Shown in pieces: positions 38,998 through 49,192 of a stretch of DNA of 64,000 nucleotides. The stretch is from assembly GCA_044229975.1 (NCBI GenBank), contig JBGARZ010000004.1, positions 224,001 to 288,000 of the forward strand, written 5' to 3'. Every line of letters begins with the position of its first letter. Position 1 is the stretch's first letter. The notes under the pieces were generated by a model. The model saw only the letters and a program-made list of their open reading frames with translations. It did no database searches and was not told the origin of the DNA. This DNA is from Polyangiales bacterium. Its GTDB lineage: Bacteria; Myxococcota_A; Polyangia; Polyangiales; Ga0077539. The position numbers were made by a program, and so were the translations under genes.

Positions 38998-39561
38998 ATG
39001 CCGGTACTCGCTCTGATCGAACCCGCCGCGTGGCGCACGCAGCCGTGGGCCAACGGCGCGGGTGTCACCCACGAGATCGCCCGCTGGGGCGACGGCGCTG
39101 CCTTCGACGCGCGGTTGAGCGTGGCCGAGCTCACGGCGCGCAGCCCCTTCTCGCACTTCGCGGGCTACGACCGCTGGCTCGCGCCCGACGGCGTCGTGGC
39201 GCTGCACCTGCCCGACGGACCGCGGCGATTGTCACGCGGCGAGGCGCTCACCTTCGCGGGCGAGCTCGACGTCACGGGCGAACCCGCCGCGCCGACGTGG
39301 GAGCTCAACGTGATGGTGCGCCGCGGGGTCGCGTGGTCGGCGGAGATCGTCATGGGTCGCGTCGCGCGCGTCGCGCGGCCGGGCGTGACGGCGGTGTTCG
39401 CGTTCGGTGGGGGCGTGAGCGTGGAGGTCGCGGGACGGACCATCGGGTTGCCCGAGCGCGCGACGCTGCTCGCGACGTCGAGCACGGAGTTCGCGCTCGC
39501 GGTGGATGCGGTCGACGACGCGCGGGTCGCGCTCGTCTTCCTCGGCCGCACCTGGGACTGA
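38998..39561 (+). CDS. HutD/Ves family protein
   Basis: 'PWANGAGVTHEI', 'FDARLSVA', 'PFSHFAGYDR', 'LNVM'. Confidence 0.85.
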   Translation: MPVLALIEPAAWRTQPWANGAGVTHEIARWGDGAAFDARLSVAELTARSPFSHFAGYDRWLAPDGVVALHLPDGPRRLSRGEALTFAGELDVTGEPAAPTWELNVMVRRGVAWSAEIVMGRVARVARPGVTAVFAFGGGVSVEVAGRTIGLPERATLLATSSTEFALAVDAVDDARVALVFLGRTWD

Positions 39562-39720
39562 CGCCTCAGCGAGCTCAATCGAAGGGCCACGGCACGACCC
39601 GCGTGGAGTGCTCGACCGGCGCCGTGAGCGGCGCGGCGTCTCCGTCGAGTCGTCGGAGCGTGACGGCGGGCGCGCGGCGCGCTGTGATAGCGTCGCGGCC
39701 CTCAACTGGAAGGGAGTCCC

Positions 39721-41628
39721 ATGCGACTGGTCAAGATCGGCCTCGGCAGCGTCAACCCCACCGTCGGATCGGTGCACTCCAACACCGCCCGCTGCATCGC
39801 GCAGGCGAAGGCCATGGCCGCCGCCGACGTCACCGTCGCCGCGCTCCCCGAGCAGGTCATCGGCGGCTACCCCGCCGAAGACCTCGTCCAATGGAACGGC
39901 TTCGTCAAAGCCCAGTGGGACGAGCTCCTGCACTTCGCGAAGGAGACCGCGTCGCTCGCCACGGTGTTTGCGCTCGGCGTCACCGTCGCGCGCAGCGGGC
40001 ACCTCTACAACGCCGCCGCCGTGGTGCACCGCGGGGCCGTGCTCGGGCTCGTGCCGAAGGAGAAGCTGCCCACGTACAACGTCTTCTACGAGGCGCGAAC
40101 CTTCTCGCGGGGTGTTCCGGGGCAGAGCGATACGGTCGAGGGGATTCCCTTCGGCGACCTCGTCTTCACCTTCGACTTCGGCACGCTCGCGGTCGAAGTG
40201 TGCGAGGACGTCTGGTCGCCCGACGGCCCGATGCGCCGCCGCTGCTACGCGGGCGCCGAGCTGGTGCTCAACCTCTCCGCCTCTCCCTACCGCATGGGCG
40301 TCATGGGAACGCGCCGCGAGATGCTCGCCACGCGCTCGGGCGACAACCAGTGCACGCTCGCGTACGTCAACAGCGTCGGCGCCAACGACGGCCTCGTCTT
40401 CGACGGCGGCGGCTTCGTCTTCCAGTGCGGCAAGCCCATGCTCGAAGCCCCACGCTGGGTCGAGTCGTGGACCGCGACCGTGGTCGACCTCGATCGCACG
40501 CGCCGCCTCCGCACCGAGAACACCACCTGGCGCAACGACTGCCTCGACGCCGCCCAATCACCCATCAAGCCGACGGTCGTCCCGGCCTTCGGCAAGGGCG
40601 CCGAGCGCGGGTCACTGGCGTACCCGACGCCCTCGCATGGGAGCTTCTTCCTGCCGGGGTCGTTCGCGTCGCGCAACGCCCGCGAGGACTTCTGTGATGA
40701 CCTCCTCGACGCGCTTGGATTGGGCGTCTGGGACTATTACGAGAAGACCAGGGCCTTCAAGGGATTCGGGCTCGCGTTGTCGGGTGGGCGCGACTCGCTG
40801 CTCACGCTGCTCATCACGTGGCGCGCGATCCAGAAGCGCTACGCCGACCTCCCCGACGACGCGCGCAAGGTGAAGACGGGGGAGATGCTGCACGCGTTCT
40901 ACATGCCGTCGCGGTACTCGACGGATCACACCTCGGAGAGCGCGCGCATCATCTGTGAAGAGCTGGGTGTTCCTTTCAAGGTTGTGCCCATTGAAGAGGC
41001 TTTCAAGCGTGAGGCGGAAGCGGCGCAGACCATGGTGGGCGGCGGTCTGTCCGAGCTGACCATGCAGAACATCCAGGCCCGCGTGCGCGCCCAGCGCATG
41101 TGGAACTGGTCCAACACCACCGGCCGCCTCTTCCTTCAGACGGGCAACATGTCCGAGAAGGCGATGGGCTACACCACCATCGGCGGCGACCTGGAGGGCG
41201 CGCTCGCGGTGCTGGCCAACGTGCCGAAGACGGTGGTCATCTACCTGCTTGAATACCTGTTGGAGAAGCACGGCTTCGAGGGCATCTGGAAGACGCTGTC
41301 GGCGCCCGCGGGGCCCGAGCTGGCGCCCAACCAGAAGGGCGAGGACGAGCTGATGCCCTTCAGGGTGCTCGACGCGTGCTTCCACCTGTACGCGGCGGAG
41401 AAGCTGTCGCCGCCGGAGATCGTGCAGGCGCTGGGGAGCATGTTCCCGGACGACGAGCTGGTGGAGCGTGAGCGCTGGGTGGCGAAGTTCGTGAAGATGT
41501 TTGTGCAGAGCATCTACAAGTGGGTGCAGGCGCCGCTCTCGCTGCACGTCGGCAACCTCGACCTCGACCGCGAGCGCGCGCTGCAACTGCCCGTCGTCGA
41601 GACGACGGAGTGGACGCGGAAGGCGTAG
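39721..41628 (+). CDS. nadE: Glutamine-dependent NAD+ synthetase
   Basis: Nitrilase-like domain (PE, 'PKEKLPTY', 'VCEDVW'); synthetase 'LSGGRDS', 'NIQARVR', 'TGNMSE', 'VPKT'. Confidence 0.95.
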   Translation: MRLVKIGLGSVNPTVGSVHSNTARCIAQAKAMAAADVTVAALPEQVIGGYPAEDLVQWNGFVKAQWDELLHFAKETASLATVFALGVTVARSGHLYNAAAVVHRGAVLGLVPKEKLPTYNVFYEARTFSRGVPGQSDTVEGIPFGDLVFTFDFGTLAVEVCEDVWSPDGPMRRRCYAGAELVLNLSASPYRMGVMGTRREMLATRSGDNQCTLAYVNSVGANDGLVFDGGGFVFQCGKPMLEAPRWVESWTATVVDLDRTRRLRTENTTWRNDCLDAAQSPIKPTVVPAFGKGAERGSLAYPTPSHGSFFLPGSFASRNAREDFCDDLLDALGLGVWDYYEKTRAFKGFGLALSGGRDSLLTLLITWRAIQKRYADLPDDARKVKTGEMLHAFYMPSRYSTDHTSESARIICEELGVPFKVVPIEEAFKREAEAAQTMVGGGLSELTMQNIQARVRAQRMWNWSNTTGRLFLQTGNMSEKAMGYTTIGGDLEGALAVLANVPKTVVIYLLEYLLEKHGFEGIWKTLSAPAGPELAPNQKGEDELMPFRVLDACFHLYAAEKLSPPEIVQALGSMFPDDELVERERWVAKFVKMFVQSIYKWVQAPLSLHVGNLDLDRERALQLPVVETTEWTRKA

Positions 41629-41709
41629 TCAGGCGCAGCCTGCGGTCGAAGGGCTTACGCCGCAGCGTCAGCGCGGCGCGCGATGGCGAGGCGATCGCAG
41701 TGAGTACAT

Positions 41710-42231
41710 GTGGACGAATCTCCGAAGACACTCTTCGCGCTGCACCTTCGCACCTCGGGTCCCGGGATCGTCGCGGGGGCCGCGCGTCGAGCAACCACCG
41801 AGTCCAGGTGTGAGGCCGCTGCCATACGGTGGTCGGGTTGTCGCACCTTCGGCACGACCACGCGCGCCGAGCTGGTCGCGCTCCTGGGAGCACCCGACAG
41901 CGAGGATGGCGCCACCGTGGGGTACCTGCTCGAAGGCTGGCCGGGCTATCGCTACCAGTTTCGATTCGACCGCAACGGCCGGCTGCGCGACGAAGGCTTC
42001 GAGCGAACACGCGCGACCCTGAACACGTGCGCGATCCGAGAACACCCCGACTGGCAGCACGTGCTCGTCTCGATCGGCGCGACCCGGTCGGAGGTCCGCG
42101 CGATTCTTGGCGCGCCCGACGACGAGTCGGGCTGGTGGCCCATCGAGGACTGGCAATACGGCAACGAACTCGTCGTCGAGTTTCGGCACGGCATCGTGGA
42201 GTGCGTCGCCGCTCCGCCTCCGAAGCTGTAA
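41710..42231 (+). CDS. Hypothetical protein with two BamE/SmpA-like 'TRxExxxLLGxPD' repeats
   Basis: 'TRAELVALLGAPD' and 'TRSEVRAILGAPD'. Confidence 0.55.
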   Translation: MDESPKTLFALHLRTSGPGIVAGAARRATTESRCEAAAIRWSGCRTFGTTTRAELVALLGAPDSEDGATVGYLLEGWPGYRYQFRFDRNGRLRDEGFERTRATLNTCAIREHPDWQHVLVSIGATRSEVRAILGAPDDESGWWPIEDWQYGNELVVEFRHGIVECVAAPPPKL

Positions 42232-42248
42232 TCCCTTCGGGCCTCGGC

Positions 42249-43055
42249 TCACATCTCTGCGGATGAATCGTCGTCGGCTTCGTCGGACCCGACCACACAC
42301 CTGAGCGCCGCCCGATCGACCCACAGCGGTGCGTTGTGGCCGTCGAGGGTGAGCGACACCCAGCGGACGCCGCGCCGATCGAACACCTCATTGGAGAGAG
42401 GGACCACGTCTCCAGGCGCCAGCGTCGCAGCCACGGGCGTCACCGGAAGGCCCCGGCGCCAACCCCGCTCGCTACCGCGCTCGACCCACCGCGAGACCGC
42501 GATGTCGGCAGCCGGAAGCGGCAGCGCGGGCGCGTGGCGCAGGGCGCGAGCGCGCCGACACTCCGACGGGGGGCCGAGTGCGCCGAGCTGCCTGCGCGGC
42601 AGGTGATCGAGCGCGCTCTCGTAGGCGGTGCCCGTCCAACGGAACACCAGGAGGTAGCGAAGGCGCGCATCCTGATCCCACTCGGCAAACTCCAGGTCGA
42701 CGACGCCGTTGGTGCGGGAGGTCAGGGCCCAGGCGTCGTCGGCGCGCTCTTGCAACACGGCTCGCCACCCGTCGGCCGTGCCGAACTCGACGACGTGGTC
42801 GGCGTTGCCCCCGCCGCGGGAGTCGCGCATCAAGACCACCCGGTCGGTGCGCCCGTCGCCGTCGAAGTCGCCCTTCTCCTCCGTGGTGAATTCGCAATCC
42901 TTCCAACACTGCTCCTCGTCGAGGTCGGCCCGGGTCATCACGTGCGGCCTCGGCGTTGCTGTCGGAGTCGGCGCATGCGCGGGGAGCACGGCCGCCGTCA
43001 CCACCAGGAGCGCGGCCGTGTGGAGACCGAAGAGCATTGCGAACGGTCGGAGCAT
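42249..43055 (-). CDS. Exported hypothetical protein with a GDFDGDG motif
   Basis: Signal peptide; 'GDFDGDGRTD'; 'FRWTGTAY'. Confidence 0.6.
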   Translation of the reverse strand: MLRPFAMLFGLHTAALLVVTAAVLPAHAPTPTATPRPHVMTRADLDEEQCWKDCEFTTEEKGDFDGDGRTDRVVLMRDSRGGGNADHVVEFGTADGWRAVLQERADDAWALTSRTNGVVDLEFAEWDQDARLRYLLVFRWTGTAYESALDHLPRRQLGALGPPSECRRARALRHAPALPLPAADIAVSRWVERGSERGWRRGLPVTPVAATLAPGDVVPLSNEVFDRRGVRWVSLTLDGHNAPLWVDRAALRCVVGSDEADDDSSAEM

Positions 43056-43108
43056 TGGTCGGCGATTGAGCGCGCGTCGGGCAGGTCGCGCAAGTTCCGG
43101 CAAGGCAC

Positions 43109-44794
43109 TCACGCATCGGGGTCCGCTGAAGCGCGGGCGGCGACGGTGATCTCGTCGTCCGTCGGGTTCTCCGCCGCGAGCCTCGCGAGCCGGGCGCGCG
43201 CTTCGTCCGCGTGGGCCTCGCTGCCGCGCGCGATCGCCTGGAGCACCTGCGCGAACACCCGCCGCCCGAGGCCCTCTCCCGGTGGGAGCGACGTGAGCGC
43301 GTCGACCCGCTGCGCCCAGCGCCACGCCGCCTCGCAGTCGCCCGCGGCGAGCCACGCCTCCGCCCGCGACCTCGCGCCGTTGACGAAGAAGCGCATCAGC
43401 ATCGCCTCGCTCAGGTGCGCGCGGAGGAGCGCCTCCAGCGCGTCCACGCTCGCGTCGGCCGGCTCGGGCTCGCCCCGCAGGCGCCGCGCCTTCTCGATCG
43501 CGCAGAGCGCCTTGCCCAGCGCCTCGCGGGTGACGGCGTCGTCGCGGCGCCCGGCGCACTCGACGACCGACTCGGCGGTCGCGATCGCGCCGTCGAGGTC
43601 GCCGCGGTCGACCAGCGAGAGCGCGCGGCTGCCGACGGAGAGCGCCCAGTAGCGCTCGGCGGCAGAGCGCGGGCGCCTGGCGACCAGACGGGTGAGCCGC
43701 GCGTGCCAGCGCGCCTCGCGGGCGTCGTCGCGGGCCACGCGGGCGCACCAGGTGAAATCCTGGATGGCCTCGGCCAGCAGGTCGGTCGCGCGCGTCATCG
43801 TCGTCCGCGTCGCCGCCGACCACATCGCCGCGAGCTGGGCCTCCGCGCGGTCGAGGTGCTCGCACGCCTCGGCGACGGGCTCCGCGCGGCCCGCCCCCCA
43901 GCACCAGCTCTGCTCGCCGTACGCGACCACCAGCGACTTCGCTCCGACGGCCCACTCCACGACGAACTCCCGCCGCCGCAGGTCGCGCCGCCCCGTCGCC
44001 TCGTCGCGGAGCGCCCGCAGCGCGTCGACCTCACGAGCGAGGCCGGGGAGGTCGTCGTTGGCGGCGAGGTCGAGGGCGACGTTGCGGGTCGCCCGCGCGA
44101 GGTCGAGGGCAACGAGCGCACGCGTGCTTTCGGACTCTGCGTCGCGGGCGAGCTGGTCGCGCCAGGGGGCGATCTCCCCCCAGCGCTTCTTCCGCCGCAG
44201 CCGGTCGGTGCACAAGAACGCCGTCCACGCCCAGCGCCCGCGCAGCCCGGTGTCGTCAGGAGCGCGGTCGACCTTCCGACGGAGCGAGCGGGCGAGCCGG
44301 ACCATCGCGTCGGGGTCGCCCGCGGTGAGCGCCTCGGTCGCGTCGGCGCACGAGGCCAGCACCAGCCCATCTTGGGGATGGGCGGCGTGGAGCGCCTCGG
44401 CCCGCGCGAGCACGTCGCCGCGCGCCGCGACGTCGAGGCAGGCGGGCTCGCGGGCTACGGTCGCCAGCGCGTGCCCGTAGACCTGTGCGACGGCCGGGCG
44501 CCGCGCGAGCGCTTCGTGCAGCCGGTCGAGCGCGGCGAGGTGCGCGACGAGGCCCGCGCCGTCGCTCGCTCGCAGGAGCCCGTAGGTGAGCGTGACCGAG
44601 GCCACGCGGAACGACCGCGCGGCTTGCGGTGACCGCGGGTGTCGCGCGCAGAGCGCGGCGGCGTCGTCGAAGACCGCGCGGAGCTCGCCGACGTCGGCGG
44701 CGCGGTAGCAGCGCGCGCGGAGTCGCTCGGCCTCGTCGCGGAGCGTCTTGCGCGCGGAGGCGCCGCCCCGGTGGTCGTCAGGTTCGCCCATCAA
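43109..44794 (-). CDS. Hypothetical alpha-helical (TPR-like) protein
   Basis: Long Ala/Arg/Leu-rich ORF with coding-like third positions; no catalytic motif seen. Confidence 0.6.
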   Translation of the reverse strand: MMGEPDDHRGGASARKTLRDEAERLRARCYRAADVGELRAVFDDAAALCARHPRSPQAARSFRVASVTLTYGLLRASDGAGLVAHLAALDRLHEALARRPAVAQVYGHALATVAREPACLDVAARGDVLARAEALHAAHPQDGLVLASCADATEALTAGDPDAMVRLARSLRRKVDRAPDDTGLRGRWAWTAFLCTDRLRRKKRWGEIAPWRDQLARDAESESTRALVALDLARATRNVALDLAANDDLPGLAREVDALRALRDEATGRRDLRRREFVVEWAVGAKSLVVAYGEQSWCWGAGRAEPVAEACEHLDRAEAQLAAMWSAATRTTMTRATDLLAEAIQDFTWCARVARDDAREARWHARLTRLVARRPRSAAERYWALSVGSRALSLVDRGDLDGAIATAESVVECAGRRDDAVTREALGKALCAIEKARRLRGEPEPADASVDALEALLRAHLSEAMLMRFFVNGARSRAEAWLAAGDCEAAWRWAQRVDALTSLPPGEGLGRRVFAQVLQAIARGSEAHADEARARLARLAAENPTDDEITVAARASADPDA

Positions 44795-44928
44795 CGAGAC
44801 CCTAACAGAGCGCCTTCCTCCGTCGACCGGTTGCCATCGGCACGGATGCTTCTCGCGGCCTCGTTGAGGTACCTATCAGCGATCGTCGCCTTCGGCTGAC
44901 TCGACAGATCTCTTCAGGAAGACCCTGG

Positions 44929-45860
44929 ATGTTCAAGCGCGATTGGTTCTGCTGGAGAGAGTTCGCTACGACCCTGCTGTCTCGGCGCGTACGCGTCTCG
45001 TTCCCGACCGCTGACGGGTACACCGTCGTGTCCGAAGAAGGCGGCCACGAGGTGGCGACCCGTCGCGTACACCCCGACTTCGACGCGGCCCTCGCGGCCT
45101 ACCGTGCCGAGATCGCGGCGCTCACCAGCGGAGACTTCTTCGAGCACCCGCGGCCTCGCGTCATGGAGCGCGTGCACGAGGGCGTACGCCAGGCCTTCCT
45201 CATCCGCTGGCCAACGACCGCGCGGGTCGAGTGGACCCTCTCGCGCTGGGACGGCACCGACCCGCTGCGATGGAACATCGAGTTCCCCGAGACGCTCGGC
45301 GGCGCGATCGCAGAGTTCGACGACCGCTGCCTCGCGGCCCGGAACATCGGGTTTCGCGACTGGGTTCCGCGCTGGCCCGAGGGCTTCGAGGTCGTCGCGT
45401 CGGACAGTCTCTTCACCGAGCACACGACGTGGACCGACGACACGCCGCCCGCCGCGAAGCACCGCTGGTTCAGCGCGCCGGGTCACCCCGAAGTCGGCCC
45501 GGAGTGGCACGCGCAGCGCGACGGGATCTTCATCGTGCTGTGCCAGATCGATGGGCGCGCCGAGGGTCCCACGGTCTACTTCGGCGCCGACCGCTTCGCC
45601 GGAGTGATGATCCATCAGGCGGGCAGGAGTCAGGGCCTCACGATCTTCCCGAAGGCCGACGGCGGCATCGAGTCGATGACCGTCTTCGACGCCGACGCGA
45701 AGCGCTTCTCGATCGTGTGCAGGGACACCGGCCGGACCGCCACCGCGTCCCTCCGCTGGACCCCCGACGATCGGCCTGACCTCAGGGTCCCGGAGCGTGA
45801 CTTCGGCGCCCTCGACCTCGCATACAGCGCCCGGTATGGCTGCGACGTCCGCGTGACACG
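44929..45860 (+). CDS. Hypothetical protein; coding character ends near 45860 although the ORF runs to 46626 (probable frameshift or lost stop)
   Basis: Protein-like to ~45855, then Arg-rich shadow sequence overlapping the next ORF. Confidence 0.5.
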
Positions 45861-47011
45861 TGTCCGCGGCGCTCACCGACGCGCCCGACGTCGCGGCGTT
45901 TCAGCGCGCCTGCGTTCTGTTCGCGCGGGCCTACGCCAGGGACCCTGCGCGCGCGCTCGCCGAGAGCCTGCTCCCCTTCGTCGAAGCGACGAGCGCGTGG
46001 CCTCCCGAGACGCGCGTGGCGCCCGCGTTCTGGATCAACGACCTCGTCGAAAGGCGCCTTCCCAACGAAGCGCTGCGCCCCATCGCGGCCCTTCGCGTGC
46101 TCGACCTCGCGGTCGACACCAGGGACCACTACCTCTGCACGCGGCAGGTCTTCGCGGCGCGGCTCGATCGGCTGCGTGCGTGGCTCTCGGCGCTCCCCGA
46201 CGACCCGAGCTTCGCGCTCGACGTGCTCGACCTCAGCCTCACCGCGTGGAGCGCGCACTCGCACTCGCTCCCTCCCGCGGCGTGCAACGACGGCTTCGAC
46301 CTGCGCACCCGAGACTTCGACGCGTCGCTCGTCGAGCAGATGCTCCGCAGCCCGCTCGCGCCGAAGCTCCGCGCGCTGGTGGTCTCGCGCCTCCCGTGGT
46401 CCGACGCCTCGCCCGGCAATCACGACAGCTACCTCGATGCCGAGGGTCGGCAGCAGGGCCCCGCCGTGGAGTACGACCGCCGTCCGGGCTTCCTGGAGCG
46501 CCTCGCGCGCATGCCTTGCGCCGCGACCCTCCAGACGCTGATCGCGCGCAACGCCGAGCTGATCGATCCGTCCGCCGGCGTCGCGCTGCCCGCGCTCAAG
46601 ACGCTCGACGTCGGGTTCGGCTCTAGCCAGCCGAACGAGCTGCTCACGTCGCTCGCGAAGGGATGGGCGCCGAAGCTCAAGACGCTGCCGCTGGAGCCGT
46701 CGCCCAGCGTGCGATGGGCGTTGGCGCTCGAAGACCCGAGGCAGCGGGCGCGCCTTCGGGAGGACGATGATGGGTTCTTCTCGCACGACTACTGCTGCGA
46801 ACCGCGGGAGCTGCTGCTGACGCGCGCTGCGATCGCGCCGCTGCTCGCGCGAAAGGGTGTGCCGAAGCTCGCGACGATCGTCGGCGGCGGCGAAGCGGGT
46901 CGCTTTGCCACGCCCAGCGGCGGACCGAAGCTGGCGCGGAAGCCGTCGGGGCGTCGCGGCCTCCTCGACCTCGGCGTGGTGCCTTGGGGCGTTCCGTCGA
47001 CGTCGGGCTGA
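45860..47011 (+). CDS. Hypothetical protein with LRR-like segments
   Basis: 'LRVLDL', 'LQTLIA', 'LPALKTLDVG', 'LKTLPL'; strong GC3 bias in this frame. Confidence 0.55.
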   Translation: MSAALTDAPDVAAFQRACVLFARAYARDPARALAESLLPFVEATSAWPPETRVAPAFWINDLVERRLPNEALRPIAALRVLDLAVDTRDHYLCTRQVFAARLDRLRAWLSALPDDPSFALDVLDLSLTAWSAHSHSLPPAACNDGFDLRTRDFDASLVEQMLRSPLAPKLRALVVSRLPWSDASPGNHDSYLDAEGRQQGPAVEYDRRPGFLERLARMPCAATLQTLIARNAELIDPSAGVALPALKTLDVGFGSSQPNELLTSLAKGWAPKLKTLPLEPSPSVRWALALEDPRQRARLREDDDGFFSHDYCCEPRELLLTRAAIAPLLARKGVPKLATIVGGGEAGRFATPSGGPKLARKPSGRRGLLDLGVVPWGVPSTSG

Positions 47012-47118
47012 TCTGCTCCAGCGGGTCGCTCCGGTGGAACACGCAAGGCGTAGGCAGGCGAGCGATGTGTGGTTTGTCGGAACCATCCCGAACCGCTAAC
47101 GTCGACCCGAGGATGGCC

Positions 47119-47307
47119 ATGAGCGCGAACGCCAACGACGACTTCGATCCCAAGGCACGGGCTGCCGAGAAGCAGGCGTCGCGCGACGAGGACGACGCGG
47201 ACCTGGCGTCCGGCGCGAAGAGCCGTGACGACTTGCGACGCGAGAATGGTGCGCTCGCCCAGCTACGAGTGAGGCCAGACTTCGCGGCGGCGCACGCCCG
47301 CCGCTGA
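47119..47307 (+). CDS. Small charged protein, putative antitoxin
   Basis: GAGG RBS; 'KQASRDEDDADLASGAKSRDDLRRENG'; TGATG coupling to the next gene. Confidence 0.65.
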   Translation: MSANANDDFDPKARAAEKQASRDEDDADLASGAKSRDDLRRENGALAQLRVRPDFAAAHARR

Positions 47308-48110
47308 TGCCTCCGCCAATCTCGGCGCGTGACGTTCTCGCGCTCCTCGCGAGGCTCGGCGATGTTGCCGAACGCATCGTCCTGGTTGGTGGTCAGGCGG
47401 TGAACTTCTGGAGCGAATTCTACCTCGCGCAAGGGCGCGCCCCCGAGCTCCTTGCGGACGCGCCGTTCACCAGCAAGGACATCGACTTCTGCGGTAGCCA
47501 CGAAGCCGCGCGGCTGTTCGCCGCGAGGGTACGCCAGGGTCGCGCGAAGCTGGCCACGCTTGACGACGCCACACCCAACGTCGGTGTCGTGCTCTTCGTT
47601 GACGACGACGGTCACGAGCGCGTGGTCGACTTCCTCGGTGCGCCGTTCGGCATGAAGGCTCGCGAGGTCGAGGGCAACAGCGTGCGCCTCGACGTACTCG
47701 ATGACGCAGGCGCCACCACCGGGGTGACGTACCGCGTGATGCACCCGCTCGACTGCCTGGAGAGCCGCGTGCACAACGTCGTGGGGCTCGCTGACGCCTA
47801 TGACACCCCTCGGGGCCGACGACAGCTCCACGCGTCCCTGATCTGTGCTCGCGAGGCGCTGCGCGACATCATCGAGACTCTCGCAACGGACGCATTCGAC
47901 CCGGTGCGTGCGGTCCTCGATCTCAACGAGCGGATCTTCTCGCTGTGCCACCAGAGTGCCCACGGTCGGGTGGTGTTTCAGCGCACGGGCATCGACCCCT
48001 TCGATGCGGTACTGGTCGATCCTCGGCTCGGGGAGAAGTTCATCAAGGTCCGATGGCCGCAGATGCGACAGCGGCTGTCGGCGCGGCGCGCGAAGCTCGC
48101 GAACCGGTAG
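47307..48110 (+). CDS. Nucleotidyltransferase-fold protein (AbiEii/MenT-like), putative toxin
   Basis: 'IVLVGGQAVNFW', 'TSKDIDF', later 'VDFL'. Confidence 0.7.
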   Translation: MPPPISARDVLALLARLGDVAERIVLVGGQAVNFWSEFYLAQGRAPELLADAPFTSKDIDFCGSHEAARLFAARVRQGRAKLATLDDATPNVGVVLFVDDDGHERVVDFLGAPFGMKAREVEGNSVRLDVLDDAGATTGVTYRVMHPLDCLESRVHNVVGLADAYDTPRGRRQLHASLICAREALRDIIETLATDAFDPVRAVLDLNERIFSLCHQSAHGRVVFQRTGIDPFDAVLVDPRLGEKFIKVRWPQMRQRLSARRAKLANR

Positions 48111-48163
48111 CGGCCGAAGGATGCGAAGCACCGCCGCTGGCGGGCACGCGTGCAGAGCTTCCC

Positions 48164-48952
48164 CTATTGGACCTGCACGTCGAGCGTGCGCGTCACCGAC
48201 CCGGCGCGCGCCGTGAGCGCCACCGAGCCTGGCGCGCGGCCCTCCACGTAGACGTGGTCGTCGACGATGCGCGCGCCCGACTGCCGCGCCCAGTTCAGGT
48301 TCACGTGCGTCGTGTCGGGCACCGTCCACTCGACGCCGTTGTTGGCGTAGAGCGGCTCGCCGTTGGCGTCGTACGGGACGCCGTTCATCGACCAGCTCTC
48401 CCCCGTCCGCAGCGCGACCTGATCGACGGCTTCGGTGGGCGAGGGGTTGCCGGTCGGCTCGCGGACGACGACGAGGCGCGCGGGCGTCGCGACCCGCAGG
48501 ACGAAGGCGCCGAGCGTCACGCCCGCGCGGGTGAGGGTGATGGTCGCCGACCCGGGTGCCAGGGCGTGCACCGCGAAGAGGCCGCGGTAGGTCGAGCCTT
48601 CGAGCGCGCCGGACACGTCGGCGTGGACGACGCCGACCACCCGCGGGTCGGACGACGTGGCGATGGCGTCGTCGTTGCGATGAACACCCGCGACGTCGAA
48701 GCGGACAAACTCGTCGACGCCGGTCATCAGCGGGTGATCGACCGGGCAGGCGTCGCCCTCGAAGGGGTTGCACCCGCGGCTCATGCCGAAGTGGAACGAC
48801 GCGCCCGTCGGCTCATCAGGCGCCGCGGTGGCTGGGTCGGTGATGCCGGGTCGGACGACGGGCGCGCTCCCCGAGTCGTCGCCGAGACAGCCTCCGAGCG
48901 AGTGCGAGAGAAGGAGCAGACCGAAGGTCCCGATGACGTGGTGGCGGTTCAT
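48164..48952 (-). CDS. Lipoprotein with Ig-like beta-rich domains
   Basis: Lipobox 'LGGC'; 'SSDPRVV', 'APGSATITL', 'APGSVALTA'. Confidence 0.7.
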   Translation of the reverse strand: MNRHHVIGTFGLLLLSHSLGGCLGDDSGSAPVVRPGITDPATAAPDEPTGASFHFGMSRGCNPFEGDACPVDHPLMTGVDEFVRFDVAGVHRNDDAIATSSDPRVVGVVHADVSGALEGSTYRGLFAVHALAPGSATITLTRAGVTLGAFVLRVATPARLVVVREPTGNPSPTEAVDQVALRTGESWSMNGVPYDANGEPLYANNGVEWTVPDTTHVNLNWARQSGARIVDDHVYVEGRAPGSVALTARAGSVTRTLDVQVQ

Positions 48953-48989
48953 GATGTGGTGCCTCGCTTTGGGGGTCTGCGGCACCCAT

Positions 48990-49005
48990 TGCAGCGCATG
49001 GGCCA
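48990..49005 (-). promoter_or_regulatory. Putative sigma54 promoter
   Basis: Minus strand TGGCCC-ATGCG-CTGCA, 38 bp upstream of the start at 48952. Confidence 0.5.
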
Positions 49006-49156
49006 CGTCGTGAGATGCTGCCAATCCGCCTGAAAACAGCGGACCCGGCGCGCCCGGCTCGGGTCGGGATCCGGCGCGGCGCGTGGCCACCCCAACGACC
49101 CACGCGTGGCGGGTCGCGTAGCCGCCGCGCGGGAGAGATCGCAACGTCACGCCGAA

Positions 49157-49192
49157 ACACTTTCACAGTGACCCGACTCACTGTGAAAGTGT
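49157..49192. promoter_or_regulatory. Perfect 15-bp inverted repeat, AT-rich (operator/enhancer or hairpin)
   Basis: ACACTTTCACAGTGA-cccgac-TCACTGTGAAAGTGT between divergent genes. Confidence 0.65.

Noticed and set aside
44800..44870. Integron attC-like ends (CCCTAAC...GTTGAGG)
   Set aside because: No convincing internal dyad, no repeated sites and no integron integrase
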